A stretch of 64,000 nt of DNA. Source: Limnothrix sp. BL-A-16 (lineage in GTDB: Bacteria > Cyanobacteriota > Cyanobacteriia > CACIAM-69d). A program made the translations under genes and the position numbers. The stretch covers positions 1,280,001 through 1,344,000 of the forward strand of contig CP166615.1 in the NCBI GenBank assembly GCA_041937175.2, given 5' to 3'. The notes under the pieces are model-generated. The model did not search any database, was not told the DNA's origin, and saw nothing but the letters and a program-made list of their open reading frames with translations. How positions within the stretch are numbered: the first letter of the stretch is position 1; each line of letters opens with the position of its first letter. Of the stretch, positions 20,641-32,429 are shown in pieces.

Positions 20641-22251
20641 ATGGTCGTTGAATTCGCCGACTCCGCCAAACTGGCTGTGGAAGTTAACCGCCGCCGCAAC
20701 TTTGCCATCATTTCCCACCCGGATGCAGGGAAAACCACCCTCACTGAAAAGTTGCTCCTGTATGGCGGTGCAATTCACGAAGCCGGTTCCGTGCGGGCCC
20801 GTCGCGACCAGCGCCAAGCTACCTCAGACTGGATGGAACTGGAAAAGCAACGGGGCATTTCCATCACCTCCACAGTGTTGCAGTTTGAATATCGAGACTG
20901 CCAAATTAATTTGCTGGATACGCCCGGTCACCAAGACTTCAGCGAAGACACCTACCGCACCTTGGCCGCTGCGGATAATGCGGTGATGTTGATTGACGCG
21001 GCTAAAGGCTTGGAGCCACAAACACGCAAGCTGTTTGAGGTTTGCCGGTTGCGGAAATTGCCGATTTTTACCTTTGCCAACAAGCTCGATCGCCCCTCCC
21101 AAGAGCCGCTGAATCTATTAGATGAAATTGAAAAGGAACTGAAACTCGCCACCTATCCGGTGAATTGGCCGATCGGGACGGGCGATCGCTTCAAAGGAGT
21201 GTTCGATCGCCGCACCCGGAAAGTGCATCTGTTCCAGCGATCGCGCCATGGCAGCAAAATGGCCAACGAAACCACCCTGGACTTGGACGCGCCGGAACTG
21301 CTGGAACTGGTCGAACCGGACGTTTATCAAACCTTTAGGGATGAACTGGAACTGATTGAAGAAGTGGGTTCTGAGTTGGATCTCGAAGCGGTTTTGGCCG
21401 GCGAACTCACCCCCGTTTTCTTCGGCAGCGCCATGACCAATTTCGGGGTGCAACTGTTTCTCGATGCCTTCTTGGACTATGCCGCCAAGCCAGGCCCCCG
21501 CACCGCCCGCACGGGAGCCGTTGAACCAACCCATGAGCATTTTTCGGGCTTTGTCTTTAAGTTGCAGGCCAACATGGATCCGAAACACCGCGATCGGGTG
21601 GCCTTCGTGCGGGTTTGCTCCGGCAAATTCGAGAAAGACATGGTGGTGACCCATGCGCGATCGGGCAAGAGCTTACGATTGGCTCGGCCGCAAAAACTCT
21701 TTGCTCAGGATCGCGAATCCGTTGAAGAAGCCTACGCGGGCGATGTCATTGGCTTAAACAATCCTGGAGCCTTCTCGATCGGGGACACCATTTACATCGG
21801 CCCCAAAATTGAATACGAAGGCATTCCCTGTTTTTCACCGGAACTCTTTGCCTATTTGCGAAACCCTAACCCCTCTAAATTCAAACAATTTCAGAAGGGA
21901 ATTTCGGAACTTCGTGAAGAAGGAGCCGTCCAAATCATGTATTCCACCGACGAAGCCAAGCGCGATCCAATTTTGGCCGCCGTGGGGCAATTGCAGTTTG
22001 AAGTGGTGCAATTCCGCTTGCAAAGTGAATACGGTGTGGAATCACGGGTTGAGCTGTTGCCCTATTCCGTGGCCCGTTGGGTCACCGCCGGTTGGGATGA
22101 GCTGACCAAAGTGGGCCGGCTGTTTAATGCCATGACCGTCAAAGATATGTGGGATCGTCCCGTTTTGTTGTTCAAGAATGAGTGGAACTGTCAGCAGGTG
22201 GAGGGCGATCACCCCAGCTTGCAACTCCAGTCGATCGCACCCTTAACCTAA
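20641..22251 (+). CDS. prfC: Peptide chain release factor 3
   Basis: [38 protein letters not shown]. Confidence 0.98.
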   Translation: MVVEFADSAKLAVEVNRRRNFAIISHPDAGKTTLTEKLLLYGGAIHEAGSVRARRDQRQATSDWMELEKQRGISITSTVLQFEYRDCQINLLDTPGHQDFSEDTYRTLAAADNAVMLIDAAKGLEPQTRKLFEVCRLRKLPIFTFANKLDRPSQEPLNLLDEIEKELKLATYPVNWPIGTGDRFKGVFDRRTRKVHLFQRSRHGSKMANETTLDLDAPELLELVEPDVYQTFRDELELIEEVGSELDLEAVLAGELTPVFFGSAMTNFGVQLFLDAFLDYAAKPGPRTARTGAVEPTHEHFSGFVFKLQANMDPKHRDRVAFVRVCSGKFEKDMVVTHARSGKSLRLARPQKLFAQDRESVEEAYAGDVIGLNNPGAFSIGDTIYIGPKIEYEGIPCFSPELFAYLRNPNPSKFKQFQKGISELREEGAVQIMYSTDEAKRDPILAAVGQLQFEVVQFRLQSEYGVESRVELLPYSVARWVTAGWDELTKVGRLFNAMTVKDMWDRPVLLFKNEWNCQQVEGDHPSLQLQSIAPLT

Positions 22252-22877
22252 TGACTTCACGATCTGCGACGTTTGGCTATTTTGGGGGCTGGTTTGACCA
22301 ACGCTTTGGGTCAGCCCCCCAAGCCCGCTACCCAACGTTTAAATCAGCGATCGGGCTGTTTTTGCAGCATTTGGGCGATCGACGGGATGGGGTGATTGTG
22401 GAAACCGGCACCCAGCGGCTACCCGATGATTGGGGGGCCGGTTGCTCAACCACCATTTTTGGCGAAACCCTGGAAACCTTTGATGGGGGTCGCCTGTGGA
22501 CGGTGGATCTGTCGCCGGACAATCTGACCACTTCCCAGCACTGCACCCAGCATGTGGCTCAGCGTATTGAGTATGTTTGCAGTGATTCAGTGACCTTCCT
22601 CAAACAGTTCGATCGCCCGATCGACTTGCTTTATCTGGATAGTTTGGATTGGTGGGATGATCCTCAAATTCAACAACAATCCCAGACCCATCAACTGGCA
22701 GAAATTGAAGCCGCCTGGGACAAATTACGGCAGGGCTGCATTATTTTGCTCGATGACAATGGGTTACCGGGCGGTGGCAAAGCAAAGCTCACCAAGGAAT
22801 TTTTAAGTCAACAGGGCTGGAGTTGCATCCTCGACTATCAACAGAGCCTTTGGATTTCTGAGAAAGTCATGTTCTAG
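22251..22877 (+). CDS. Class I SAM-dependent methyltransferase (Methyltransf_24-like)
   Basis: IVETGT, TVDL, SDSVTFL, IDLLYLDS, IILLDD; the ATG overlaps the prfC stop (TAATG). Confidence 0.8.
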   Translation: MTSRSATFGYFGGWFDQRFGSAPQARYPTFKSAIGLFLQHLGDRRDGVIVETGTQRLPDDWGAGCSTTIFGETLETFDGGRLWTVDLSPDNLTTSQHCTQHVAQRIEYVCSDSVTFLKQFDRPIDLLYLDSLDWWDDPQIQQQSQTHQLAEIEAAWDKLRQGCIILLDDNGLPGGGKAKLTKEFLSQQGWSCILDYQQSLWISEKVMF

Positions 22878-23035
22878 CGGAATATTCTAGACAATATTGC
22901 TGAAAAATCTTGATTCTTGACCTATCAGACGGAAATTGCACTGAAATCGAGACATTTAGGGTTAATTTGCGATCAATGTCCATTGAATTAGAATAATCGG
23001 CAATTCCTCCACCATCATCACCTTGGTTCTGCCCT

Positions 23036-23332
23036 GTGCCATACTCATCCACTCGATCGCGTGCGCTGTCTAAGCGGTCTCAGCCCTCCGAAGCTGACTA
23101 TGCAGACTACCTGGAACTGCCGCCAGAGGGGCCAGAGCTGGATTTGTTGCGAGCAGCCCGGGCCATCTATGAAGCCTATTGTGTGATTATGGTCGATCGC
23201 GCTCGGCGGCCCTATGGAATTGTGGTGAATCGGAATACCTTTCGAGGACGACCGATTTTTCAAGATCGAGTAATTCTTTTGCCGGACGAACGCTTCATTT
23301 CGATTCGGCAAATTGAATTGCAAATGTATTAG
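23036..23332 (+). CDS. Conserved hypothetical protein
   Basis: LRAARAIYEAY...PYGIVVNRNTFRG...LLPDERFI resembles a small cyanobacterial family. Confidence 0.7.
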   Translation: MPYSSTRSRALSKRSQPSEADYADYLELPPEGPELDLLRAARAIYEAYCVIMVDRARRPYGIVVNRNTFRGRPIFQDRVILLPDERFISIRQIELQMY

Positions 23333-23437
23333 ATCAATCAAGTTAAATCAATCAAAGATTGGAGCCGTCAGCGATCAGGCGATCGACGCGGCCGGCCAAT
23401 GCAATGGCAGAAAAGGCAATCAGGATCAACACAGTTA

Positions 23438-23568
23438 GAGGATGTCTGAAAAGCCAAAATCGATACTCTGCACGCCCCATCGATCAACGAAGACAAGGGG
23501 CTTAAGTCCCTTGCCCCCAAGACTATTGGTGCATTGCCCGTGCCAAAAGACACTTTTCAGACATCCTC
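23438..23568. mobile_element. MITE family A, copy 1 (131 bp)
   Basis: TTA|GAGGATGTCTGAAAAG...CTTTTCAGACATCCTC|TTA; central near-palindrome CAAGGGGCTTAAGTCCCTTG; opposite orientation to copies 2, 4 and 5. Confidence 0.88.
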
Positions 23569-23746
23569 TTAGACCTAAGAATATAGTCAGATTAATCCTT
23601 GAATCAAAATCAGGTCTGAATTAGAAAATTTGATCAAGGAGAAAGTAGGACAAAATCAGCAATTTCTGGAATTTCTTGGATCTGTCCTTTGAGCTTGACC
23701 TTTACAATATAAGAACCGCGCCGTTTTTCATCGCAATAACGTTAGG

Positions 23747-26430
23747 TTGCCTGTGTCTCCGTTGCCGTCATCACTGATTGCTAATCAAGCCGAGTCGATC
23801 CAGATTGAAACCCTGGAATTGTTGGAATGGCCGCGCCTTTGCCAGCATCTGGCAACCTTTACGGCCACCAAGCTGGGGGCGATCGTGGCGCGTCAATTGC
23901 CGATTCCGGGCGATCGCGCCACCAGTGAAACGCTGCTGGCCCAAACCCGCGAGGCCTGGGAGTTGGAACGCAGCGCCACGGGGGGCCTGAATTTTGGCGG
24001 GATTGCGGATATTGGCTCGGCGCTCGATCGGGCGACCCGGGGCGGCGTGTTGGCTGGCGAGGAATTGTTGGAGGTAGCGACGACCCTATCGGGGGCCCGC
24101 AACCTGCGGCGGGCGATCGACCAGCGGGAAGATTTGCCGGCCCTATCGGCCCTCGTCGAGGAGCTGCGAACCTATCCCGAACTGGAGCAGGAGATTCACT
24201 ACTGCATCGATGAGCGGGGCGATGTGACCGATCGGGCCAGCCCCAAGTTGGCAGAAGTGCGCGAAAAGCTGCGGGCCGGTCGCGACTGGATCTATCAAAA
24301 GCTGCACAACATCATGCAGCAGCATTCCAACGCGATTCAGGAACCGAACATTAGTCAACGGGGCGATCGGTTCGTGATTCCCGTGAAAGCCAGCCATAAG
24401 GACGTGATTCGCGGCATTGTCCACGACACCTCCTCCACGGGCGCGACTTTGTATGTGGAACCCCACACGATTACGGAGCAAAACAACCGCCTGCGCCAGT
24501 GGCAACGGCAAGAGGCGATCGAGTCAGAAATCGTCCGGCGCAAGCTCAGTGAACAAATCGCCGAAGTAGCCCCGGATCTGGAGCGACTGTTGGCGGTGGC
24601 GACGGAGCTGGACTTGGCCGCCGCCCGGGCCCGCTATTCCTTTTGGATTGAGGGCAATGCGCCGCGTTTTATTGAATCGGGCGAAACCTTGACCCTGCGA
24701 CAGTTGCGCCACCCGTTATTAATTTGGCAGCAGAAGCACGAACAGGGGCGGGACGTGATTCCGATCGATGTGCGCGTCGATCCGACAATTCGGGTGGTGG
24801 CGATTACAGGGCCAAACACGGGCGGCAAAACCGTCACCCTGAAAACCCTGGGCTTGGCAGCTCTGATGGCGAAGGCGGGGCTGTTTGTGCCTGCACGGGA
24901 GCCGGTGGAGTTGCCATGGTTTAGCCAGGTGTTGGCGGATATCGGGGATGAACAGTCGATCGAGCAGAACCTTTCAACCTTTTCGGGCCACATCCGCCGG
25001 ATCGTTCGTATCCTGGATGCCCTCCAACCCGATCGCCTCGGCCCCACCCCAGACCCATCGCCAGACAAGGGGCTTAAGCCCCTTGCCCCCGACGATGCAG
25101 CCACAAACGACGATTCGGACGATCCCAACAGTTTGGGTGTGATCGCCATCGAAAGGGCGCACGGCGGTGCGCCCCTACCCGAGGGTGATTTTGACGATGC
25201 CAATCATCCAGAATTCAACGAAACCGACACCGTAGGGGCGCAAGGCCTGCGCCCTCCGCCGATCGCCCCGCCACCACCAACAATCCACCCGAATCGTTGG
25301 TGTTGCTCGATGAGGTGGGCGCGGGAACCGACCCGGCCGAAGGGAGCGCCTTGGCCGCCGCCCTGCTGGAAACCCTGGCCGATCGCGCCCGCTTGACCGT
25401 GGCCACGACCCACTTTGGGGAACTGAAAACCCTGAAATATCGCGACAGCCGGTTCGAGAATGCCTCGGTGGAATTTGATGACCAAACCCTCAGCCCCACC
25501 TATCGGTTGCTGTGGGGAATTCCCGGGCGATCGAACGCCTTGAGCATCGCCCGGCGGTTGGGTCTGGATGAAGCGGTGGTGACGGCCGCGGGCGATCGGG
25601 TGGGCGGCCAATCGGAAGACATCAACCGGACGATCGCCGGCCTAGAAGCCGAGCGCCGCCGCCAGGAAGCCAAAGCCAATGAGGTGGCGCACCTGTTGCA
25701 GCGGGCAGAATTTTTGCACGAGCAGATCGATCGCAAGGCCCAAACCCTGAAGGAGCGCGAAGAACAGCTCAAACAAACTCAAGAAGCCGCCGTCCAAAAG
25801 GAAATCGATCGGGCGCGGGGCGAAATTGCCCAGGTGATCCGGCAGTTGCAGCGGGGCACGCCCACGGGCCAGCAAGCCCAGCAGGCCACGACCCAAGTGG
25901 GCGAAATTGCCCAACGATTCCTGCCATCTCAGCAGCCCAAACCGAAACCCAAGGGCTACAAACCCCAGGTGGGCGAACGGGTGCGCGTGCCCAAGCTCGG
26001 CGGCGCGGCGGAGGTGCTGGCGATCGATGAGGCCGACGAGGAAATCACGATTCGGATGGGGCTGATCAAAGCGACCCTCAGCTTTGCCGATGTGGAATCT
26101 CTTGACGGCAAAAAAATCGAGGTGCAAAAACCGGAGCCGAAACCCGCGCCCCCGCCGAAAGCGAAGGAGCGATCGATCCTCCGCACCAGCAGCAACACCC
26201 TAGATATTCGCGGGGCCCGGGTTGCCGACGCGGAAATCGAAGTGGAACAGGCGATCGATCGGGCGATTTCCGCCGACTTTGGTTGCCTCTGGATCTTGCA
26301 TGGCAAGGGAACCGGTAAACTGCGAGACGGCGTGCGTGCCCACCTCAAAACCCATCGATTGGTGGAGCGGTTTGAGGATGCCCCCCGCGAGGATGGCGGC
26401 ACGGGCGTGACGATCGCCTATTTGCATTAG
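23747..26430 (+). pseudogene. mutS2: Endonuclease MutS2, split into two ORFs by a frameshift (true pseudogene or sequence error)
   Basis: ORF 23747-25396 has ETLELLEW, Walker A GPNTGGKT and QSIEQNLSTFSGH. ORF 25297-26430 has Walker B SLVLLDEVGAGTDP, TTHF and the Smr domain (LHGKGTGKLR). The frame changes between about 25195 and 25290. Confidence 0.9.
25154..25255. repeat. Inverted pair of GTAG-type REP hairpins inside mutS2
   Basis: 25154-25178 is the reverse complement of GTAGGGGCGCACCGCCGTGCGCCCT; 25232-25255 is GTAGGGGCGCAAGGCCTGCGCCCT; spacer 53 nt. Confidence 0.8.
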
Positions 26431-26451
26431 GGTTCTGGCGAGGAGTGGTCT

Positions 26452-28329
26452 GTGTTGAATGCCGTTCGATCGAAGGGCTGGCCGTGGCTGGCGGTTTGGG
26501 TGCTGCCCGCGCTGCTGCTGGCGGCCTTGATGATGCGGTATGGCGTAAACCTGCCCACCTACGACCAGTGGGACACGCCAGGGGTGCTGTTCGTGAAGTT
26601 GGCGGAGCATCAGCCATTAACCTTCGCGGATTTTATTTCCCAACATAATGAAAGCCGTAAGGTGTTTCCCCGGCTGATTTTTTTGGGATTAGCCTATCTG
26701 ACGGGCTGGGATATTCGGGCAGAATTGGCGGTGATTTTTGCCCTGGTTTGTGGGGCGGCGGGGGCGATTTTTGCCCTGGGGCGATCGACCGTTTTAGATC
26801 GACGATTTCAGGCGATCGCCTTTGCCCTCGCTAGTTGCTTGCTCTTCAGTCCTTCGCAGTGGGAAAACTGGGTTTATAGCATTCAAATTGTGGTTTTTCT
26901 GCCGATTTTTTGCATCACCGCCAGTTTGTGGCTGGCGCAATCATCGCTGAAGTTTTGGCAGAAAATCGCGATCAATATTGTGTTGGCCACGGTCAGCACC
27001 TATTCCAGCGCGAGTGGGATGTTTTGCTGGTTTCTATCCTTTCCGGCGTTGTTTTTAAAGGATTGGATTGTTGGGTTGGGTCGGGGCGATCGCAGTCCAG
27101 CGGGGACGGTGCAACCCAGCCTGATCGTGGCAATAATGCAGGATTTAGGGCGATCGATTCAATCCCTGGGCACAACGGCCCGCCAATCCTGGATTGGGTT
27201 GGGGGTGTGGCTCGCGGCGATGGCGGCGAATTTGCTGCTCTATTTTTGGGATTATCATAAACCGCCCAGCCACCCGAGTTTTGTGGGGCCCCTGCAACAC
27301 CCGATCGAGGGGTTGAAATATTGGCTGGCCCTGATGGGGGCGATCCTGGGCTTTGATGATTTGGGGTTGAGTCAACTGCTGGGGGGCTTGGGTCTGCTGG
27401 GCTTTTTGGGGTTAGTAATATTGGCTTGGCGGGGCGATCGAGTGCGATCGTTTGAATGGGTAATTTTTGGGTGCTATGCGATCGGAACCGACGCGATCGT
27501 CACTCTGGGGCGGTTTGGGTTTGGGCCCGATTCTGCGCTGACTTCCCGTTACCAAACCTTTTCGCTGTACCTGTGGATCGCGATCGTTCATCTGTCAGCA
27601 ATTTTGCTGCCAAAGTTCACCCAAAATCGGCTACCAAAATCTTGGCGAAAAGGTCTAGTCATTTTTGGATTAACTCTATTTTTGGTGCTTCATTACGCCA
27701 GTTTTGCGATCGGGTCGCGAAATTTGGCGAACTTCAGCCGTGATCGCCATCAGGGCAAGGCTTGCTTAACGTTTATTGGTAGTTTTCAAGATGAACGCTG
27801 CTTTACAGAGTGGATTTATCCTGAGCTGAATGAGCATGTTTTAAAAACGATCGGGGACGTGAATCGCCTAGGTTTCATTCGGCCACCCCTAGCCCTGCCC
27901 ATGCCGATTAAAAGTGATTTGCAAATCATGGCTAAATCCCAGCCGATCGCCGGAAACTTCCAAACCTTGACGATCCAAAAAAATGATGATGTTTGGGAAT
28001 ATGTGGCCGGCGGCGAGCTGACCTTGGGTGGGGGCTGCCAACCCACACGATCGGTTTTGTTGGCTTACGAAAAAGACGGCTCAACGATTCCCTTCACAGC
28101 GGCCAAAGTGGGCAAAAACTATCGCGGTATGGGACAAATTATCGGTGATTTTGTTTGTCCTAATAATCGCTGGAGCAAGAGTTTTGAGCTAGAAAAATTG
28201 GTGTCTGATCCCCAAAAGCGGCTGGAGATTGAGCGATCGCCCAAAATTACCGCTTGGGCCTTCGACACCGATCGCGGCACGGTCTATCCCCTCGCCGGTT
28301 CCTATTCTTTCCCTCAAAAATCCTCATGA
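26452..28329 (+). CDS. Polytopic membrane protein, possibly a GT-C-fold glycosyltransferase
   Basis: About 11-13 TM segments, acidic first loop [22 protein letters not shown] and SRY motifs, soluble C-terminal domain. Confidence 0.7.
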   Translation: MLNAVRSKGWPWLAVWVLPALLLAALMMRYGVNLPTYDQWDTPGVLFVKLAEHQPLTFADFISQHNESRKVFPRLIFLGLAYLTGWDIRAELAVIFALVCGAAGAIFALGRSTVLDRRFQAIAFALASCLLFSPSQWENWVYSIQIVVFLPIFCITASLWLAQSSLKFWQKIAINIVLATVSTYSSASGMFCWFLSFPALFLKDWIVGLGRGDRSPAGTVQPSLIVAIMQDLGRSIQSLGTTARQSWIGLGVWLAAMAANLLLYFWDYHKPPSHPSFVGPLQHPIEGLKYWLALMGAILGFDDLGLSQLLGGLGLLGFLGLVILAWRGDRVRSFEWVIFGCYAIGTDAIVTLGRFGFGPDSALTSRYQTFSLYLWIAIVHLSAILLPKFTQNRLPKSWRKGLVIFGLTLFLVLHYASFAIGSRNLANFSRDRHQGKACLTFIGSFQDERCFTEWIYPELNEHVLKTIGDVNRLGFIRPPLALPMPIKSDLQIMAKSQPIAGNFQTLTIQKNDDVWEYVAGGELTLGGGCQPTRSVLLAYEKDGSTIPFTAAKVGKNYRGMGQIIGDFVCPNNRWSKSFELEKLVSDPQKRLEIERSPKITAWAFDTDRGTVYPLAGSYSFPQKSS

Positions 28330-28763
28330 GCGAGCCAATCTATCGCAACCCCGCGCCGACGGTGGATCTGATCATTGAATTGGTCGATCGCCCCCACCGC
28401 CCGATCGTCCTGATTGAGCGCAAATATGACCCGCTGGGTTGGGCAATTCCCGGCGGCTTTGTGGACTATGGCGAATCGGTGGAGGACGCAGCCCGACGGG
28501 AAGCCCTCGAAGAAACCTGTTTGGCGGTGAAGTTAATCGAGCAATTTTATGTGTATTCCGACCCGCAGCGGGATGCGCGCAAACATACGATGAGCGTGGT
28601 GTTTATTGCGGCGGCCACGGGCGATCCGCAAGCGGCCGATGATGCGCGAAATTTCGCGATTTTTAATCCTTGGGAGCTACCTAAAAATCTTTGCTTTGAT
28701 CACGATCGCATCCTCGAAGACTACCTCCGTTACCGCTATTATGGACAACGACCTCGCCCCTAA
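28326..28763 (+). CDS. NUDIX hydrolase
   Basis: Nudix box [26 protein letters not shown] overlap with the upstream stop. Confidence 0.93.
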   Translation: MSEPIYRNPAPTVDLIIELVDRPHRPIVLIERKYDPLGWAIPGGFVDYGESVEDAARREALEETCLAVKLIEQFYVYSDPQRDARKHTMSVVFIAAATGDPQAADDARNFAIFNPWELPKNLCFDHDRILEDYLRYRYYGQRPRP

Positions 28764-28798
28764 ATCGTTGTCTATGCTGTCAGTTTTCGCCACCGATA

Positions 28799-28844
28799 GT
28801 CATCCCAGACAAGGGGCTTAAGCCCTTTGTCTCTGGTGGATGAT
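28799..28844. repeat. Dispersed palindrome within an extended hairpin
   Basis: TCATCC-CAGACAAGGGGCTTAAGCCCTTTGTCT-CTGGT-GGATGA. Confidence 0.7.
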
Positions 28845-28907
28845 TGAGCCTTTTGCCTTTGACAATTTTGCTGATTTCTTGTTACTTGCACCACTCTGAA
28901 ACCGATC

Positions 28908-29297
28908 ATGTCTAAACAAGTGATTCAAACCGACAAAGCGCCTAACCCCGTTGGCCCATATAACCAAGCGATCGTGGCCAATGGAATGCTATTTGCCTCG
29001 GGTCAAATCTCCATTGATCCAGCCACCAATCAGCTCGTCCATGAAGGTGATGTGGCAGCCCAAACGGAACGAGTGATGCAAAATCTACAAGCAGTTTTAG
29101 AAGCTGGGGGAACCAGTTTTGCGAATGTGGTGAAAACCACGATTTTCTTGGCAAATATGGATGATTTTGCCACGGTGAATGGGGTTTATGCCAAATACTT
29201 TGATGAGGCAACGGCTCCGGCTCGCGCGACCGTGGAAGTGGCTCGTTTGCCCAAGAATGTCTTAGTAGAAATTGACTGCACTGCCATTGTTGACTAA
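28908..29297 (+). CDS. ridA: RidA family enamine/imine deaminase
   Basis: GPYNQA, SGQI, VVKTTIFL, PARATVEVARLP, VEID. Confidence 0.93.
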   Translation: MSKQVIQTDKAPNPVGPYNQAIVANGMLFASGQISIDPATNQLVHEGDVAAQTERVMQNLQAVLEAGGTSFANVVKTTIFLANMDDFATVNGVYAKYFDEATAPARATVEVARLPKNVLVEIDCTAIVD

Positions 29298-29381
29298 CGA
29301 TTCATGCCCGATCGAGCTGTGATTGACAGGGCAGTATTTCGCAGCCGATAAACCGGACGATCGAGCCGGCCCCCAGGTCAA

Positions 29382-32300
29382 TCAATCTAAGATCTCGATC
29401 TTGCCGGTTGTGCCATCCAGCCGCAACAGTTGCCCCGTGCGGAGTTTTTGGGTGGCGTTGGGAATGTCCATCACCGCTGGGATCCGATATTCCCGCGCCA
29501 CAATCGCCCCGTGGGACAAACGCCCCCCCGCCTCGCAAATGAGGCCACCCGCTCGCACCAGGAGGGGCCCCCAAGCCGCATCCGCATGGGGAATTACCAA
29601 AATGGATCGCTGATCGATCGCCGGAGCCAGGGTCAGTTCACTCAGCGATCGAATCACAATCACGCGCCCCTCCACCCGGCCGGGACTGCCCCCTAACCCA
29701 CGCAGGGTCGATCGCGCCGCCGCCGCACTCCACTCCAGCGCACAAAGGGGCGGCTCTTGGCCATAAACCAACGGAGCGGCCGGCGTTTCGCACCAATCGG
29801 CAAAGGCCTGGCGGCGTTGGGCAATCCGGGCGGTCAGAATCCGCCGCAGGTTTTGGTTTTGGGGGTGGGCCACCCATTGCCGGATTTCAGCTAATTCCAG
29901 ATAAAAAATATCGCCTTCCTGCTGCAACAGGCCGATCGCCTGCCACTGCTGTTCCAGAGCCACAAAGGTCCATCGCAGTTGCGCCAGCAGTTTGTTGTAG
30001 AGTTCTGCCACCTGCCCTTTCAAATCCAAACGACGCTGGGCGATCGAAGTTTGGCGACGAGGGCTACTGGGCTGGGTGATCGGGGCTTTGGCCAACTGCA
30101 ACAGCAGGGTCTGTGGAATCTCCACCGCCTCGCGCCAAGTGGGCACGGCCACATCGGTTCCCACTTCGCTCAAATAGCCATAGGTGTCCAAAAACACCTG
30201 AAAGCTGGCGAGAATTTCCCGCCCTTCCGGTGACTCCGCCAAGGCTGCCCAAACGGCCGGGGCCTGATCCAAGGCGCGAATTCGCTCCAAGGACAAAACC
30301 GCTTGCATTCGTTGAGCCAAATTCTGAAGCCAGCGGGTGGCGGCCACTTCCGGGTGGCGGCTGGGATCCAGTTGCTCCGGTTTGCGGCGACCGATCGCCT
30401 GGCGCAGGGCCGCACTCAGGGGGGCCAAAATGCTGTACTCCGTGGCGCGATCGAGCAGCCCCATAATTTGCTCTGCCCGCACCAACAGGCGTTCCGGCTC
30501 CGAAAACTGTTCTGCTGGCAGGGTTTCCAGGTTTTGGAGTCCGGGTTCAAACCACTGTTCCCAGTCGCGCTGAAACGATCGATCTAAATTCCATTCCCGA
30601 CCCAATAGCCGCCACAGCCCCGGCAAGTTGCGCAGGGTGGCCGTGAGGGGTGGCCGGCTCATTTTGCCCCCGTGGGTGAGGGCTTCCAAACTCTCGGGCG
30701 GCAAGCCCATCCGCCGAAACAGATCCGCCAGCAGGGTGACGTTGAAATAGGCGCGGCCGTGGAACAGGGTGGCCGTTTCCAAAAAATCTAGCCCCGCTGC
30801 CCGATCGCCCAAAACCAGCGTGAACAGCCGCCCCCAAGCTCCGCAGGTCATCGGCCGATTAATAGACCAAGTGAGGGGCCGAATTACGCCGGGAATGGCT
30901 TCCGCGGCCATCCGCCTTGTCCAAATGGGTAGCAGGGTGGTGATGGGGCGAGCCTGCAAAATCCATAGGTGCTGGCCGTCAAAAGTCCATTCCACATCCT
31001 GGGGAATGCCGTCAAAGTGAGATTCCAAGTCCCGCGCCAGCAGGGCCACTTCTCGCACCAACCAGCCGGGTACGTCACCGGTTCCGGTTTCGGCGGTTAG
31101 GGGGCGCGTGCTGGTGGCGAGGGCCCGCAATTCTGACTCGATCGACTGGGGCGGATTGGCCGGGCCCGGAAAGGCAACCGATCGGGACTCTCGCCAGGCC
31201 GTCACGTCTAATTCACTCAGATCAATCCGGTACGATTCGGGGGTGATGCGCCCGGAAACCACCTGGGCGGCGGAACCGGGCAAGGCTTCCACCAAAACCG
31301 CTTCGCCCTGTTGCGTCACGGGATCGCGGCTGAAGGCCACTCCCGAGAAGGCTCCGGCAATTTGTGGCTGCACCAGCACGGCCATGCTGGCATCAGGCAG
31401 GTTGCGATCGCGCCGATACTCGATCGCCTCCGGTGCGTCATAGGAGACAAAAACCACCGCCGCCGCTTCCACCAACTCCAAGGGGGTACGCACATCACTG
31501 ACCGTGCAATACAAACCAGCGGCGGCCGAGCGATCGCCGTCTTCCCCGATCGCGGACGATCGCACAATCAAAGGCGGATCAAAAATGGCTTGGGCCACCC
31601 CTTCGGTTAACTCACCCTGGCCGGCTAGGCGATTGGCCAACAGCACGGGATCATCTCCCGGCAGCAAAATCCAACCGGGCAAAACCGGATAGCCCCAAGC
31701 CTTCAAGCGGGACAGGGTGGCGGCCTTTGTGCCGGCCCGTTGTGGATCCAAAGGTTGATCGAGAGAGAGCATTGAATCTGCCTTGCCTTGAAAAAAGCCC
31801 ATGGCCCCTTGGGAGCCGGCGGCCGCTCCCGATCGCCCCAAGGCCAGATCCTCGGGCATGGTTTGGCAAATCCAGGCCAGCAAAGCCGCCACCAACATAG
31901 CCCCCACCACCCGATCGACCCCATTGGGGTTCAGCAACCCCAACATCAGGGGATAGAGCGCCAGGGCCAGCAGCCGACTGGTTTGGCGATCGCGCGTGAA
32001 AGCAAACCCGGACACCGACAACAACCCCGTCAACAGCGCTGCACTGGGTTCATGGGCGATCGCCCCCCAAGTGGCGTTAGTCATGCCCGCGCCTCGGCCC
32101 ACCCAATAGCGCCCCAAAACGACACCCCCGATCGTCAGCCATTCCCAGCCCGACTCGATCGGGAAAAACTGCCGAGCCAACCACACCGCCCCCAAGCCCT
32201 TCAGGGCCTCCCCCGACACAGCCAACAGGCCCCACCAGGGCCCCCCATGGTAAAAAGCCGCCGATACACTGACATTTCCCGTGCCCAACCGTCGCAACCG

Positions 32301-32426
32301 TTTGCCCGTGCCCCAACGCACGATCCAGTCCGTGAGGGGCAAAGCGCCCAAAGCCGGACAAAGGGTTAGCAACAGTAGAAGGCCCAAGGTCTGTTCGCTG
32401 GTCATGGATGGCAACGGTCGAGGCAA
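29382..32426 (-). CDS. Fusion of a PlsY-like membrane domain, a PPDK-type ATP-binding domain, a central domain and a PEP-utiliser phospho-His domain
   Basis: N-terminal GTGNVSVSA, EALKG and GRGAG (PlsY-like); IVRSSAIGED, QDVEW, LQARPIT (PPDK_N); C-terminal GGRLSHGAIVAREY. The start may be ATG 32405. Confidence 0.88.
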   Translation of the reverse strand: MPRPLPSMTSEQTLGLLLLLTLCPALGALPLTDWIVRWGTGKRLRRLGTGNVSVSAAFYHGGPWWGLLAVSGEALKGLGAVWLARQFFPIESGWEWLTIGGVVLGRYWVGRGAGMTNATWGAIAHEPSAALLTGLLSVSGFAFTRDRQTSRLLALALYPLMLGLLNPNGVDRVVGAMLVAALLAWICQTMPEDLALGRSGAAAGSQGAMGFFQGKADSMLSLDQPLDPQRAGTKAATLSRLKAWGYPVLPGWILLPGDDPVLLANRLAGQGELTEGVAQAIFDPPLIVRSSAIGEDGDRSAAAGLYCTVSDVRTPLELVEAAAVVFVSYDAPEAIEYRRDRNLPDASMAVLVQPQIAGAFSGVAFSRDPVTQQGEAVLVEALPGSAAQVVSGRITPESYRIDLSELDVTAWRESRSVAFPGPANPPQSIESELRALATSTRPLTAETGTGDVPGWLVREVALLARDLESHFDGIPQDVEWTFDGQHLWILQARPITTLLPIWTRRMAAEAIPGVIRPLTWSINRPMTCGAWGRLFTLVLGDRAAGLDFLETATLFHGRAYFNVTLLADLFRRMGLPPESLEALTHGGKMSRPPLTATLRNLPGLWRLLGREWNLDRSFQRDWEQWFEPGLQNLETLPAEQFSEPERLLVRAEQIMGLLDRATEYSILAPLSAALRQAIGRRKPEQLDPSRHPEVAATRWLQNLAQRMQAVLSLERIRALDQAPAVWAALAESPEGREILASFQVFLDTYGYLSEVGTDVAVPTWREAVEIPQTLLLQLAKAPITQPSSPRRQTSIAQRRLDLKGQVAELYNKLLAQLRWTFVALEQQWQAIGLLQQEGDIFYLELAEIRQWVAHPQNQNLRRILTARIAQRRQAFADWCETPAAPLVYGQEPPLCALEWSAAAARSTLRGLGGSPGRVEGRVIVIRSLSELTLAPAIDQRSILVIPHADAAWGPLLVRAGGLICEAGGRLSHGAIVAREYRIPAVMDIPNATQKLRTGQLLRLDGTTGKIEILD

Positions 32427-32429
32427 TGC

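Noticed and set aside
25195..25296. Programmed -1 frameshift or intein in mutS2
   Set aside because: No X XXY YYZ slippery heptamer is evident in the permitted interval and there are no intein terminal motifs. A single missing base explains it more simply.
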